From NCBI GenBank assembly GCA_000004985.1, contig GG738929.1: 64,000 bases of DNA; one strand, given 5' to 3'. A model generated the notes under the pieces. That model was not told where the DNA came from and searched no databases. It worked only from the letters and a program-made list of their open reading frames with translations. The position numbers were made by a program, and so were the translations under genes. Of this stretch, positions 30,580 through 42,142 are shown piece after piece (positions within the stretch are counted from its first letter, which is position 1; every line of letters starts with the position of its first letter). This DNA is from Naegleria gruberi (taxonomy: Eukaryota).

Positions 30580-32671
30580 ATGTCTACAAATGCTACCAGG
30601 GCACAACTGTTTAATCCTTTTGGTGTTTTTGTTTCATCAAATAATGAAGTTTACATTGCTGATTTTTGTAATCATGCAGTTAGAAAAATATTAGAAAATG
30701 GAAATATTGTGACAATTGCAGGAAATGGAACTGCTGGATTCAGTGGTGATAATGGTCCTGCAACAAATGCACAATTTAATTATCCTTCTAGTGTTTTTGT
30801 TTCATCAAATAATGAAGTTTGCATTGCTGATTTACATAATCATAGAATTAGAAAAATATTAGAAAATGGAAGTATTATAACAATTGCAGGAAATGGAACT
30901 GTATGGATTCAGTGGTGATAATGGTCCTGCAACAAATGCACAACTGTATAGGCCTTCTACTGTTTTTGTTTCATCAACTAATGAAGTTTATATTGCTGAT
31001 TATAGCATAATCAAAGAATTAGAAAAATATTGGAAAATGGAAATATTGTGACAATTGCAGGAAATGGAACTTATGGATTCAGTGGTGATAATGGGCTTGC
31101 AACAAATGCACAATTGTATAATCCTTGTACTGTTTTTGTTTCATCAAATAATGAAGTTTATATTGCTGATCATACAATCAAAGAATTAGAAAAATATTAG
31201 AAAATGGAAATATTATAACAATTGCAGGAAATGGAACTGATGGATTCAGTGGTGATAATGGTCCTGCAACAAATGCACAATTGTATTATCCTTCTAGTGT
31301 TTTTGTTTCATTAACTAATGAAGTTTATATTGCTGATCAACATAATCACAGAATTAGAAAAATATTGGAAAATGGAAATATTATAACAATTGCTGGAAAT
31401 GGAACTTATGGATTCAGTGGTGATAATGGTCCTGCAACAAATGCACAACTGAATCAGTCCTAATAGTGTTTTTGTTTCATCAAATAATGAGGTTTATATT
31501 GCTGATCAACAGTAATCAAAGAATTAGAAAAATATTAGAAAATGGAAATATTGTGACAATTGCAGGAAATGGAACTGCTGGATTCAGCGGTGATTCACCT
31601 TTTAATATTATAATGTATCCTCATATTGGAAATAAGTTATTAACTGGAAATAGTAGCTTGTACTCCAAAATAGAATATAATTTGAAAAAACATTCAAGAG
31701 ATCAATTATTTGGATTTCAAATTTATGGATTCATTCCACTCATTGAAAAAATTTCACCAAAATTTAGTAATATTTTGAAGAATGAAAAGATGCTTTGTTT
31801 GATGAGTTCATCACAACAAGAAATTATTCAAAAATTAATTGATTCTTTGCTGTATGATAAGAACAAGGTAAAGTTTAGCAAAGAAGAAGTGTTGGATGTT
31901 TTATTCATTTTGGGTTTATTTAAGAATGGTGAATTTATTGATTTGAAAAGATCATTGACAAGTGAATTTGTGAACTCATTCACATTAGAAAATCTTACTT
32001 TCAAATGGGAAACAATTGAAAATTTACTCAAAACTTGCAAAGAGGAATTTGGTATTCAAAATTACATTCTCGATCAATTGAATAACCATTGCATTGAATA
32101 TGCTGCTGTTCAAATGCAAACAAAAGAAGGAAACACTTTATTATCGACTCTTCCAATAATTATGAGAAATGCTACTGCCATATTTCCAAAAATGATCATT
32201 ACTGAACCAACTGCAATTAATATTGAGGAAACAATTGAAAATGAACCACAAACAATTGAATCATTATATGGTGATATGAAAACAAGTGATGTAAAAATCA
32301 AAATGGGACAAAACAAATACTTATATTGTCACAAAACTGTATTGAGTTCATCAAGTACATTGTTTAATGCATTATTTGACAGTGGATCTTGTTTCAGTGA
32401 TTTGAGTGATGATGGAATATTCACACCTGACGAATCAGAAGATTTGGAATTATTGGAAATTGTGATCAAATATTGTTATAGAATTTCAATTGACAAAATT
32501 GATGCTGTTAAAATTATTGGATTACTTGATATGGCAATGAAACATGAAATTCAATATCTAATCAATTATTGCAAGAATAACTTTACTCTATCCATTGATA
32601 ATTACTTTGCTATGCTTGAAGTTTGTGAAAATTTTTTGAATGCAATTTTTGAGAGAGATTCTCAAGTTTAG
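30580..32671 (+). CDS. NHL-repeat protein with C-terminal BTB/POZ domain; the NHL repeat array carries frame disruptions (possible pseudogene or assembly error)
   Basis: The NHL units are YPSSVFVSSNNEVYIADxxNHRIRKILENGNIVTIAGNGTAGFSGDNGPATNAQ. The C-terminal BTB is DVKIKMGQNKYLYCHKTVLSSSSTLFNALFDSG. The ORFs 30580..30918, 31281..31463 and 31466..32671 lie in different frames. Confidence 0.5.
30600..31600 (+). repeat. Tandem array of about six 177–180-bp units (each encoding one NHL repeat), 85–95% identical, several with 1–2-nt indels
   Basis: The unit recurs directly in the sequence: aatgcacaaNtgtatNatccttctNgtgtttttgtttcatcaaataatgaagtttatattgctgat...agaattagaaaaatattagaaaatggaaatattgtgacaattgcaggaaatggaactgctggattcagtggtgataatggtcctgcaacaa. 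Confidence 0.85.
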
Positions 32672-33063
32672 CATTGTCAACAGAAAACAACTCTTCATAG
32701 ATCAAAATAGAATTTCCAAATTACCTGAAAAATTTTGGCAAGAAATCTTAAAGCTTTCACAGGACTTTTGAGATTGAGACATGAAAATAATTATAATAAT
32801 TTATGTGATGCATTGTCATTGACCTTTTACTATTCGAGACGGGACTGTACTCTCTCTCCTCCTCAATAAACAACAATACTTGGTAATGACTCAGCTTCCA
32901 TTTTCTCTCAATGGTGCGTTTTGAATACAGAGGAAAAGACTAAATTATGACAAATACTTTACATTCTTAAAGCTGTGAAGTAAAAATTGAATCAGATGAT
33001 GAAAGCTACTTATCCTCTCAAATAAACGAATGTCTTACTGTTTTATTTAAAATGGTATCTAAA

Positions 33064-33522
33064 TTACATAATTAAGCATTCTTGTTGGCTTTCTTCATTT
33101 TCATTGTTTCTTCTTCCTTGTTGTTGAATTTGTTGTTGTTGTTGATTGGGAGGGTTATTATTATTGGTAGCTACATACATGGCTCCTAAAGAAACTGCCC
33201 CAACAACAGCAAGTGCTCCCCAGAATGAGCCATTTCCTTGGTTAGTAGTAGTGCTTGTTACAGGTACTTCTGAATCCAATCTTGTTGTTTGCTCAAAATG
33301 TTCTGGTTCAATGAGATCCTTTGTGTGATCTCTGAGCTCTCCATTTCGGCCATTGTAAACTCCAAATGGTTTGATTGTACCAATCGAATCTATATCCCAT
33401 TCAAGAATTTCAGTCAAATAGCGAGAGGCATTGTTGCCACATCTCGTAACTTGTTCTCTGAGTTTTTGAAGTTTTCGTTTTTGATTTCTCCAAACCACAT
33501 CTGGTGAATAGTTAATAGCCAT
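33064..33522 (-). CDS. Hypothetical tail-anchored membrane protein
   Basis: It is a 152-aa ORF with a single C-terminal TM FWGALAVVGAVSLGAMYVA followed by a Q/N-rich tail. I recognise no domain. Confidence 0.4.
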   Translation of the reverse strand: MAINYSPDVVWRNQKRKLQKLREQVTRCGNNASRYLTEILEWDIDSIGTIKPFGVYNGRNGELRDHTKDLIEPEHFEQTTRLDSEVPVTSTTTNQGNGSFWGALAVVGAVSLGAMYVATNNNNPPNQQQQQIQQQGRRNNENEESQQECLIM

Positions 33523-33674
33523 TGATTACTTGAATTTCTGGAATATGAATCAGTTCACATTTTAACTATTAAGATCTAGTTTTCGTATCCCCCAATCTTT
33601 CGAATAGTACTGAAATAGACACACGAGTAAATCATATCCAACAAAGAATTTAATCCATTAGTATAATTCATTAT

Positions 33675-35330
33675 CTACTCATAATCAACCAAATAATCAA
33701 CTAGAATTTCTCTAATACTGGAAGGAAATGATTTTGACATTACAATATTTTCAAAACTTCTTCCAGAGCTGTCTACAAACTTCTTTTTAGATCCTTTTTT
33801 TAAGAATTCCAAGAATAAATCAACCCATCCTTGTACATCAAACTTTACAAAAGCATTCAATTGACTTGATATAAAGATGAGAGGATCACAATAAGGTGGT
33901 TGAACATTTTCATCAAATACCTTATTAGAAAAATTGAATATTACTTGCACAAGTGTGTGAAACTCAGCCGGTATCCAACAGTCCCCCAATTGACAAGTGG
34001 TAATTCTGAAAATTAATGGAATTTCAGGATCATCCTCAATTTTGGAAAGGAGAATTTCAATATTGCTAATGAGTATATACTTTTTATGTCCACAGCCAAG
34101 TAGGGCCACACTTGCACTATTAATGATTTGCACAATGAAATCGACATTCAGATAGGGAATATTGTGATATTTCGAATAGGTATCAACCATGTCCAATTTC
34201 TTTGTTTCATCAATTTTATCAGTCCTATAAACCAAACAATCGACAAGGAAATTAGGAATTTCAAACCTGTACTCAGCAAGACAATATTCGAATCCATCTG
34301 AAATATCAGCAAATAATGAAATTCCAAATTTTCCTATCAAGTAATGACCGAGAAATCTTTGTGGTTTCTCAAAGAGGAATGATTTCAAGGAGGCATCTTT
34401 TGAAGTGTCATTCTCAATATGGTTTCTAATAGATTGAACGTTTTTAGGACAATATTTTGAAATAAAATCCAATACAATCTTGAAAGTTTCGAATGTGAAT
34501 GCATTGAATAATTCTATTGGAATCTCATTTGTTTCAGTAATTAATTGTAATTGATCTGACATTAGTAATGAGCTATCAAAATATTGATAAAATAACTGTA
34601 CGAATATCATTACCCTAAATCTTTGCAACAATTGACCACTTGCAATTTCTATACTAATCTTTCTTCCTAATTCGAAACTGGCTATTTTATCTTGTTTGAA
34701 AACAAGCTTCAAATCATATTTCACTCTCTTCATAAGCATTTCATTGATTGAATTACTTATATGCTGTTTCTTCAAACCATCTTTATGGAAGGAAACTCTT
34801 TCATTTAGGAATTCGCTAACTTTCTTCCACTTTCTTTCAAAAGCAACTATTCTATCAATTCTTCTTCCATCTCCTTCACCAAATACTTTTTGAAGAGGGA
34901 ATCGAATCAATTTCTTCAATTCTTTCCCTTCTCTTCCGATCAATTTTCCTATTACATAACTTTTCAATGATTTGTGATAGTCAATTGATTTTTTCTTGGC
35001 ATTTGACACTTTCTTTTCATCTTGAGTTATATCATAAAGTAATAATTCTTCAATAACATGATGATCATCACCAAATAATTTTCTATACAATTTCACACAA
35101 TAACTGGTCAATTTGACATTTGTCATTTCCTTTTCTAAATATGACATAAATAGAGCATGCCAAACACTTTGTGTCAATCCAGAGTGCCAGGTTTTATTTA
35201 TCAAAATAACTGGTAAAAGCCCATTCAATGGTAAAAATTTCAAGATATGACCAATGCAATCTCCGTAGAGTGATGACATTTTTTGTTGTGAAATTGATCC
35301 TTCTAATTGGACATGACAGGTCAATCTCAC
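33675..35330 (-). CDS. F-box-like domain protein (hypothetical, 551 aa)
   Basis: The N-terminal motif LYGDCIGHILKFLPLNGLLPVILINKTWHS is F-box-like. The probable true start is the internal M (MSSLYGD...) near 35279. The remainder is unrecognised. Confidence 0.45.
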   Translation of the reverse strand: MRLTCHVQLEGSISQQKMSSLYGDCIGHILKFLPLNGLLPVILINKTWHSGLTQSVWHALFMSYLEKEMTNVKLTSYCVKLYRKLFGDDHHVIEELLLYDITQDEKKVSNAKKKSIDYHKSLKSYVIGKLIGREGKELKKLIRFPLQKVFGEGDGRRIDRIVAFERKWKKVSEFLNERVSFHKDGLKKQHISNSINEMLMKRVKYDLKLVFKQDKIASFELGRKISIEIASGQLLQRFRVMIFVQLFYQYFDSSLLMSDQLQLITETNEIPIELFNAFTFETFKIVLDFISKYCPKNVQSIRNHIENDTSKDASLKSFLFEKPQRFLGHYLIGKFGISLFADISDGFEYCLAEYRFEIPNFLVDCLVYRTDKIDETKKLDMVDTYSKYHNIPYLNVDFIVQIINSASVALLGCGHKKYILISNIEILLSKIEDDPEIPLIFRITTCQLGDCWIPAEFHTLVQVIFNFSNKVFDENVQPPYCDPLIFISSQLNAFVKFDVQGWVDLFLEFLKKGSKKKFVDSSGRSFENIVMSKSFPSSIREILVDYLVDYE

Positions 35331-35418
35331 AAAAAGTTTTACTTTTGTATTTCTTTTATTCTTTGTTCAATAAAGAGATTTTCTCTTCTTTTGATATTGG
35401 TAACTCAACTGAATTGTC

Positions 35419-37542
35419 TCAGAAAATGTTATTTTGTTGTTGAACTTTGAAAGCATAAAGCCATGTTTTAAATTCATTCGTATTTTCCATTCTTGAAAAG
35501 GTATCTCTGAGATTTGCCAATATTTCACCTTCAAATACTAAAATCAAATCCTGAATTGTTTGTACAAAAGAATTTGATTCAGTGGATAATTCTGTTTCAT
35601 TTTGGTCTTGAATTCGTTTCCTTAATATGAAAAAGTTCTTTCTGCAAGTGCTTGAAATGTTCAATTCGAAAGTAGAGTTTTGATTCAAATAAACTTGTGA
35701 AATTTCATCCATCAACTCTATTGAAAGTTTCTTCTTTGATTTTAATTTCAATTCCAATAAAAAAGTGAAAAAGTTGTAATTCTCTAATGAAAGTTCCTTC
35801 ACACAATATTCTCTAATCAAATCTCTAAAATCCTGATGTTTCAGATAACTCTCCAGTTCACCTTCAATTTGTTGAGATTTGGAACTTTGAATTTTATCAA
35901 TCAAATATTTAATCACACAAGATCCACCACTCACTAGACAAAACAAGATAAACATGATTAATCTGAAAAAGTAAATAACATGATGATCTGAAATTGCTGA
36001 AATGATAATGAGAATTATAATGTTAAAACTGAGAAGTATCATATCTACTCTGATTAAGAATGGATCATCGAAGAATAACATGTATCTCAATCCTTTCTCT
36101 TTCCATTTCTTTATGTTTAGTATAAAATCAATGGATATTACTGACAATCCTAATATACATGCAATTCCAATAGATATTCCAGATAAAATGTTAAATACTA
36201 TATTTGGTGCCAATTCAACTATATAATACATTGCTATATATGGAATGGATATTAAAATATGAAGAAATAATGGAAAAATCAAAGTTATTACTATTCCAAG
36301 AATTATTCCACTTAATTTCAATAATGTTGAATTGATATTTTTAGAAAGTGAAAATAATCTATATAAATTATGTAAAAAATATAATCTTAAATAGGTAAAG
36401 AAATGAACTAGAATACAGAAATTCAATACAATTCCAGCAATTGCTAATGAAAGATTGAGAACTAACCAAAACATGTCAGAAGTCGCTATTTCAATAATAA
36501 TAATTGTTAGAGGTAGGTAAGGTGTGATAAGTCGTCGTTTTACAGAAGGTTGCCTTAATGCACCTGTGAAAAATAGAAAGATAAAGTGAATGATGACTAT
36601 TATAGTTTGAGGAATCAACCAATATTCGATATCATTCAAAACTATTTCAGAACAATATTCGAAATGGCAATTATGACAATTTGATGGAAGGTAGAGTGAT
36701 TCTAATTGTGAAATTGAAGAGTTTGAGTAAAATCCATAAGTTGATTGTATTTCCTGTTTGATAATATCTTGATTCGTCTTGAAATGTTATTAGAAACAAT
36801 ATTTAAGAAAACCTACTTTGGATAAAATTTTGAAATTATTCCCACAGCTTTTCAAACATTCCAAATCATAATCACTAACCATTTCTCCTCCATATTTCAT
36901 TATTCGAAATGAATTGAATAAAGGTGGTTCATAATCGAAAGATGTTAAAAGTGATGATGAATTCACACAAGATGGTTGACTAACTGAAATACTTAAATTC
37001 AATCCAGTTGCATTTTCATCCACTTGATAAACAGAATATGGATAAAGATCAATAAAGTTAAAGTCAGAAGTTTCGTATAAATGACCAACAGGTGTTCTCT
37101 TTCCACTTCCTCTATGATAATTTCTAAACATTTCCAAAAACAAATTCCTCGATGTAATGATCATATCAAAATCTTCTAAAATGTGAAATCTCTGCCCATA
37201 TCCCTTTACGAAACCATAAAAATTAACAATTCTTTTTTGATTAAAGTCTGAATTAAGTTTCGTCCAAAGTGTTGACATTTTTAGTGATGCTGGAATAAAT
37301 GCAATATCGAGTAAATTGTGTTGTTTCATTAATGTTGTTACATCTTTTGATGAAGTTAAATTGTAATTTTCTGACACATTTTTCCACACAACAGCTGTCA
37401 AGTAATCATTAACATAAACAAGAGATAGTGTCGAATCCAATTGATCAAATGTTTTACTGACAAATGAATGACCATTCACAACACAACAACAAACACAATA
37501 CAGAAACAATGTAAGCAACAATACCCACTTTAATTTAGCCAT
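35419..37542 (-). CDS. Receptor-like protein: signal peptide plus about 250-aa Cys-containing extracellular domain (37542..36817), joined to a seven-TM region with a C-terminal RGS domain (36777..35419); the join needs a 39-nt intron or a 1-nt frameshift
   Basis: The signal peptide is MAKLKWVLLLTLFLYCVCCCVVNG. There are about 7 predicted TM helices. The RGS signature is FRDLIREYCVKELSLENYNFFTFLLELK. The downstream part has no in-frame ATG. Its open frame extends upstream to 36777 with no ATG, and it joins the upstream ORF in frame via AAG|GTAGGT...TTTCAAG|ACG (36816..36778). Confidence 0.5.
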
Positions 37543-37726
37543 TTTTTAATCGACGAAAGGTCAACATGAATATCGAGAATCAAAAGGCCACAAAAAGAAA
37601 TGTCCTTCTAAAAGGTTCTCGGGAGAAATCATCAACACCTTTCGATAAATTGGGATTACAGCTTTTATGGAGCATCAAATCAGAAGCAATCAAGATCTTG
37701 TTTTCAATCTATGACACTAAGAAAAA

Positions 37727-37844
37727 GACTACAGCACCACAGGTTCCCAAGTTGTCTCCAACCTCAGTACTGATGTGGCTCGACGATGCTTAACTTCTCA
37801 AATCGGACGGGATGAGGTGCATGAATCGTGATATGGCCGTAGCC
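37727..37844 (-). rRNA. 5S ribosomal RNA gene (copy 2), identical 118-nt body to copy 1 (not compared base by base), with a T-run terminator
   Basis: It has the same sequence blocks as copy 1. The conserved 3-prime flank (about 40 nt) differs only by a 2-nt insertion, and the 5-prime flank is unrelated. Confidence 0.8.
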
Positions 37845-38162
37845 ATTCGTACTTCCAACTTGTGTAATATAAACCGATTTGATTCTCCTGGGGTGAGGTA
37901 AATAATTCAATAATTTTCATTCTTAGTATAAAAACAACCATCAATTTCAAAATACTTAATCGCAAGGAAATGTTAGTAATGTTATTTGACATTCTGAGCT
38001 CCAGTTTCTCCAACAAGTAACAAGGATATTTGTCATCAAATAAGTTACCTGTTTAAAACTCCCATCTATGTTATCGGTTGTAATTGTTTACAATAATTAA
38101 AAACTTACAAATTGCTCGCTTAATAATCAAATTAAAACCTCAAAAAAAAACACTCAAAAACA

Positions 38163-38411
38163 ATGATCAACGAACAAAGCAAAGAATTCATTCCAGCCTA
38201 TGTTCTTGAGGATGCCTGTTTACATTCAAAAGAGCAAGTTGCTGAATTCCAAAGACAGGGCAACCTATACAAATTTGAACCAATTCCTAGGAATGCTGAT
38301 CTTAGAAAATTGATACAAGAAGGAGCACAATTTGCAATTAAGAGAAAAGACTTGGAAAAGTACCTCTCCATCAACATTGAAGAGGATGATCTTATTAAAG
38401 TAAAACATTAA
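38163..38411 (+). CDS. Hypothetical 82-aa protein
   Basis: It is a clean ORF with a real ATG. I recognise no family. Confidence 0.3.
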   Translation: MINEQSKEFIPAYVLEDACLHSKEQVAEFQRQGNLYKFEPIPRNADLRKLIQEGAQFAIKRKDLEKYLSINIEEDDLIKVKH

Positions 38412-38458
38412 ATTTCGGTTAGGGATTTTTAGAGTTTCATCATATGGAAAATAAAGAA

Positions 38459-39001
38459 TTATTGGAAATTTTTTAAGCAATCGATAAATAATTGTTCAGA
38501 TTTCATTTTAGTGAGTGATTCTTCTCCAATAATAAGAATAAATTCTTCATTTAATTTGAAATAAAATCTGAACATTTTTAATATGCCATCTAGTTGAATA
38601 ACAGATTGAACCTGAAATAAATCTGGATTAATCCTATCTGTAAATGGTCTTAAAGAAACAATTCTAAATATTACACAATTATATAAATATCCATTATTGT
38701 ATCCACCATTTAAATCTTCATTAAATTACATCGTTCTTTTTACAGGTACAAAACCTCTTGTAAATCATTTTCATCATATGGAATTGATATGGTGCAATTG
38801 AGCTACTCATACCATGACATCATCACTACTTGTAAATTCATAATCAAACAAATTACGTTCCATTTTACAATTCCAACATGACACAAATGCAATCTCCTTA
38901 ACAATATGTTCCTTATCAATGAAGTTAGAACATTCGAGTTGGGTATTTGAATGAAGTATGTTGAGGCATTGGCTTTGGAAGATGAAACTTTCCAAGAGCA
39001 T
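38459..39001 (-). CDS. Small (about 113 aa) possible longin/roadblock-fold protein, 2 exons: join(39001..38813, 38611..38459)
   Basis: Exon 1 (63 aa, real ATG) ends at ATG|GTATGA. The acceptor TTTATTTCAG restores an open frame, giving VQSVIQLDGILKMFRFYFKLNEEFILIIGEESLTKM...Q*. The 201-nt intron is longer than the others seen here. The family call is weak. Confidence 0.3.
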
Positions 39002-39119
39002 GATGAAGCCTATCTAATCCAGAGGAGAATCACAGTTAAAACAAATAAATAACTTTACAAAAATGTTTTTTTATATTGTTAATATTGGATCAACAGCATT
39101 AACTGCACAATATTGTGAA

Positions 39120-39542
39120 TTAAAATTCGTATGATTTTGGCTTGTGAGCACCAGTGGAGCTGTTCAATTTAGCAATAACTTCTTCTTGAGAAAGTTGAGC
39201 ATGTTCAGAAGCTTGAATATCAATGTGAACAGAGTACTTTTGAGTAACGATGGTCTTATTAGCAGCAACCTTTGATCTCTTCATGGCATTACATTGACTA
39301 CCAGTCCAAGCAACTAAAACGAATTTAGTTCTTCTAGAATCATCATCAACAGCAACAGCACGATAAATACCAAACTTGACATCAGATGGACCGAATGAAC
39401 CCAAGAATTCATCCCAATCACCAGTACCAGTGGCATCCATGATCAAACCCGTCTTTTCTGGGACGAAAGTGAACCATTTAATGGATTCAGTCTTCAAGGA
39501 TTCCCAAGCAGCATCAATTTCTGGAGCAACGTTAGTGGACAT
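39120..39542 (-). CDS. Coactosin-like ADF-H (actin depolymerisation factor homology) domain protein
   Basis: The ADF-H pattern is KFVLVAWTGSQCNAMKRSKVAANKTIV. It is about 140 aa with a single domain. The real ATG is at 39542 (MSTNVAPEIDAAW); the track start at 39575 is a non-ATG codon. Confidence 0.7.
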   Translation of the reverse strand: MSTNVAPEIDAAWESLKTESIKWFTFVPEKTGLIMDATGTGDWDEFLGSFGPSDVKFGIYRAVAVDDDSRRTKFVLVAWTGSQCNAMKRSKVAANKTIVTQKYSVHIDIQASEHAQLSQEEVIAKLNSSTGAHKPKSYEF

Positions 39543-39759
39543 TTTGTTCTTGTGTTTTTTTTTGTGTGAAAACAACTTGATGACAGGGATTTATACTTGT
39601 CCATTGATGTGTGTGGCAGTTGTTGCTTACACGTGTTGTGGTGAAGAGAAAAAACCTGTCAACGATTGGCTTGCCCGTTAAAAAGATGACATACGTCAAG
39701 TTAAAATGTTTGATTGATGAGCAAAATTTTGATTGACAAGTTTGAAAGACAAGCAAACT

Positions 39760-39768
39760 TTTCCCGCC
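39760..39768. promoter_or_regulatory. E2F-like site TTTCCCGCC about 220 bp upstream of the coactosin gene
   Basis: This is a single consensus-like occurrence in the intergenic region 39576..40015. Confidence 0.2.
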
Positions 39769-40015
39769 CAATTAATTTTAACGTGTTAAATTGTGTGAAT
39801 CATACTCCGTACCTGACTGTTGGCTTTTTCTTATTGAATGTCCATTCATGTTCGAAGACGGCAAATCTGTAGATGAATAGAGTCCTGACATCTTTAAGAA
39901 TCCATATTTACAGTAAATTAATCTTTAATCTTTATATTGTCATCAACTACTAATAAATGTCAACTAGTAGTAGAAGCAGATTAGAGAGAAGATTATTGTT
40001 GAAAGATATAACATT

Positions 40016-40963
40016 CTATTGATGTGATGGATAAAACTTGACAAAACATCCAATGGCATCTTGTGAAATTTGTAATGGATTGAAACTTGTTTGTAAATAT
40101 CCTTCAATACTATTGTTAATACTATTGTTACTATTAATACTATTATCACTACTGTTAGTATGTGAAAAAATCATTTCACAATTTAAATTTTCCAAAATTG
40201 CAATTCTAGCATTCCAAAATCTACCATGTGAATGTTCAATAATTGGTGCCTTATTAGGATGGTCAATTGATGGTGTATCAATTCCAATAAGGAGAAGATT
40301 AGGTAATTCTCTTGATAAATATTCAGCTGCACTTGGATGAAAATGTGCAAAATCATTGGTCCATTCTTGTTCATCACTTGGTTGATTGGATCGAGTCTTG
40401 ATGATACATCTGAGAATTTTATCTTTTGGAATTTTACTCTTTTCAATTGCATTTCTAAGAATTTCTTCTGAAATTTCCAAATTATTCTTCAATTCTTCCA
40501 CTAAATTTAATACTAAACAAGCTCCATTATATTGAAGAGTGTGAAAATATTCCACAATTGGATTCTTTTCAAAATGTTTAGGTTGATCAGCATGTGTTCC
40601 AGCATGACTATTCGAAAGTATGACATTTCTAGTAACAATACAAACTCCATTACACGAAGATGAAACATCACACGATTGATTCATTAGACATGATGAACAC
40701 AATGATTTTACATTTTCCTTCTCTAATTTTAATTCCTTCTCTATTAAATCATCCACTGAAATAAATTGAGCATACGGAGTGTAATCATGATATGGAAATG
40801 AAGCATATTTAGCACACGGAGAAACAGTCAATTCAATTACATTCCATACTTTAATTGATGAAAGGCTTGATGATTTAAATTCTTCATCAATTTTAATTGA
40901 ATTTTCAAGTTTGGATTTTAATATTGTACATGGAATATCTAATAATTTGATCCATTCGATCAA
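40016..40963 (-). CDS. Cyclase-family / kynurenine formamidase-like protein
   Basis: The HxGTHxDxPxH metal-binding motif is present as SHAGTHADQPKH. The size is appropriate for the fold. The track start is TTG, so the true N-terminus is uncertain. Confidence 0.65.
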   Translation of the reverse strand: MIEWIKLLDIPCTILKSKLENSIKIDEEFKSSSLSSIKVWNVIELTVSPCAKYASFPYHDYTPYAQFISVDDLIEKELKLEKENVKSLCSSCLMNQSCDVSSSCNGVCIVTRNVILSNSHAGTHADQPKHFEKNPIVEYFHTLQYNGACLVLNLVEELKNNLEISEEILRNAIEKSKIPKDKILRCIIKTRSNQPSDEQEWTNDFAHFHPSAAEYLSRELPNLLLIGIDTPSIDHPNKAPIIEHSHGRFWNARIAILENLNCEMIFSHTNSSDNSINSNNSINNSIEGYLQTSFNPLQISQDAIGCFVKFYPSHQ

Positions 40964-41221
40964 TATAATGGTGTGTTGTATTGTTGTTGGTATTATTTCA
41001 AAGGCTTTGAAAATTTACCTTCAATTTTGCTGGTTGAGTTCATTTATTTTTTTTAATTAATTTTTAAAAGTGTATTCTTTGAATATTATTGGTTATTTAT
41101 TGATATTCAAATATTTGAATATTATATAATACCAATCAATATATGAAAATTATAAAAACTAACAAATTTGATAATCAATAAACTTTTTTCAATCATTTTT
41201 AAATTTTAGCCTTTAAAAAAA

Positions 41222-42124
41222 ATGTTCAAAAATTCAAATACATTTATTCAGCATCATTTACGTTCGATTGCTGTTCATCATAAACAACAAAAATACTATC
41301 GATTCGGACTCGGATTAATTCAAAGTAATAATAATTTATCATTAAATAATAATCAATGTAGATATTTTCTGAAGAATATTTTCGGAGGTGATAATAAATT
41401 AAAAGAAGAAGTTGAAAAGGAAAGAGAAAGATTATCAAAACATTTGAAAAATGAAAGAGATAATATCCAATCGGAAATTCACAGATATTCTCCTCTTAAA
41501 GAAATTAAATCAGTCCTCAAACATAAAGGAAAACTTTTTGTTTCCATGTCAGGACAATTAATTCCACTAGAAAAGAGTACAGTCTTTCCATCACCTGAAG
41601 TTATTCTCGGAGATGGTAGAAATAAGGCTGTTATTAAGAATATTAATGGAGAACAAGTTGATCTTGTAAAGAAAATCAAGCAATGTAGAGCAACTTTATT
41701 ATTTGTGAATTTTACTGAATATGGTTCAAATATGACAAAGGAATGGAAGGAAGCATATGAAGAATTTCAAACTCAATATGAAACTTCTAGCCCATCATCA
41801 TCTGTAAACAAAACTCAATGTATAGATTTAAGTATTAGCGAAAATTATGTCGTTTCGTGGCTTGAATCTTATGTCACTAAAAATTTAAAATCTGTAGTTC
41901 CAGAAAAGATGCATGCCAATACTTTATTAACATTCCTCAAGAATAATAATGAAACTTTCAAATTTAAGGATGCTGTAGAAATTACCAATAGTAAGACATG
42001 TTACGTTTTTGTTATTGATCAACAATGTAGAATTAGATGGAGAGGTTGTGGATCACCTGAAGGTAAAGAAAAGGATTTTATGATATCAGCCATTCAACAA
42101 TTACTCACTCAAAGAATACAATAA
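41222..42124 (+). CDS. Possible mitochondrial ATP10-family assembly factor (hypothetical)
   Basis: It has about 300 aa with a basic N-terminus. The C-terminal pattern CYVFVIDQQCRIRWRGCGSPEGKEKD resembles the conserved ATP10 (V/I)DxxGRIRWxGSG motif. This call rests on memory only. Confidence 0.35.
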   Translation: MFKNSNTFIQHHLRSIAVHHKQQKYYRFGLGLIQSNNNLSLNNNQCRYFLKNIFGGDNKLKEEVEKERERLSKHLKNERDNIQSEIHRYSPLKEIKSVLKHKGKLFVSMSGQLIPLEKSTVFPSPEVILGDGRNKAVIKNINGEQVDLVKKIKQCRATLLFVNFTEYGSNMTKEWKEAYEEFQTQYETSSPSSSVNKTQCIDLSISENYVVSWLESYVTKNLKSVVPEKMHANTLLTFLKNNNETFKFKDAVEITNSKTCYVFVIDQQCRIRWRGCGSPEGKEKDFMISAIQQLLTQRIQ

Positions 42125-42142
42125 AAAATAGGTCAATAAAAT

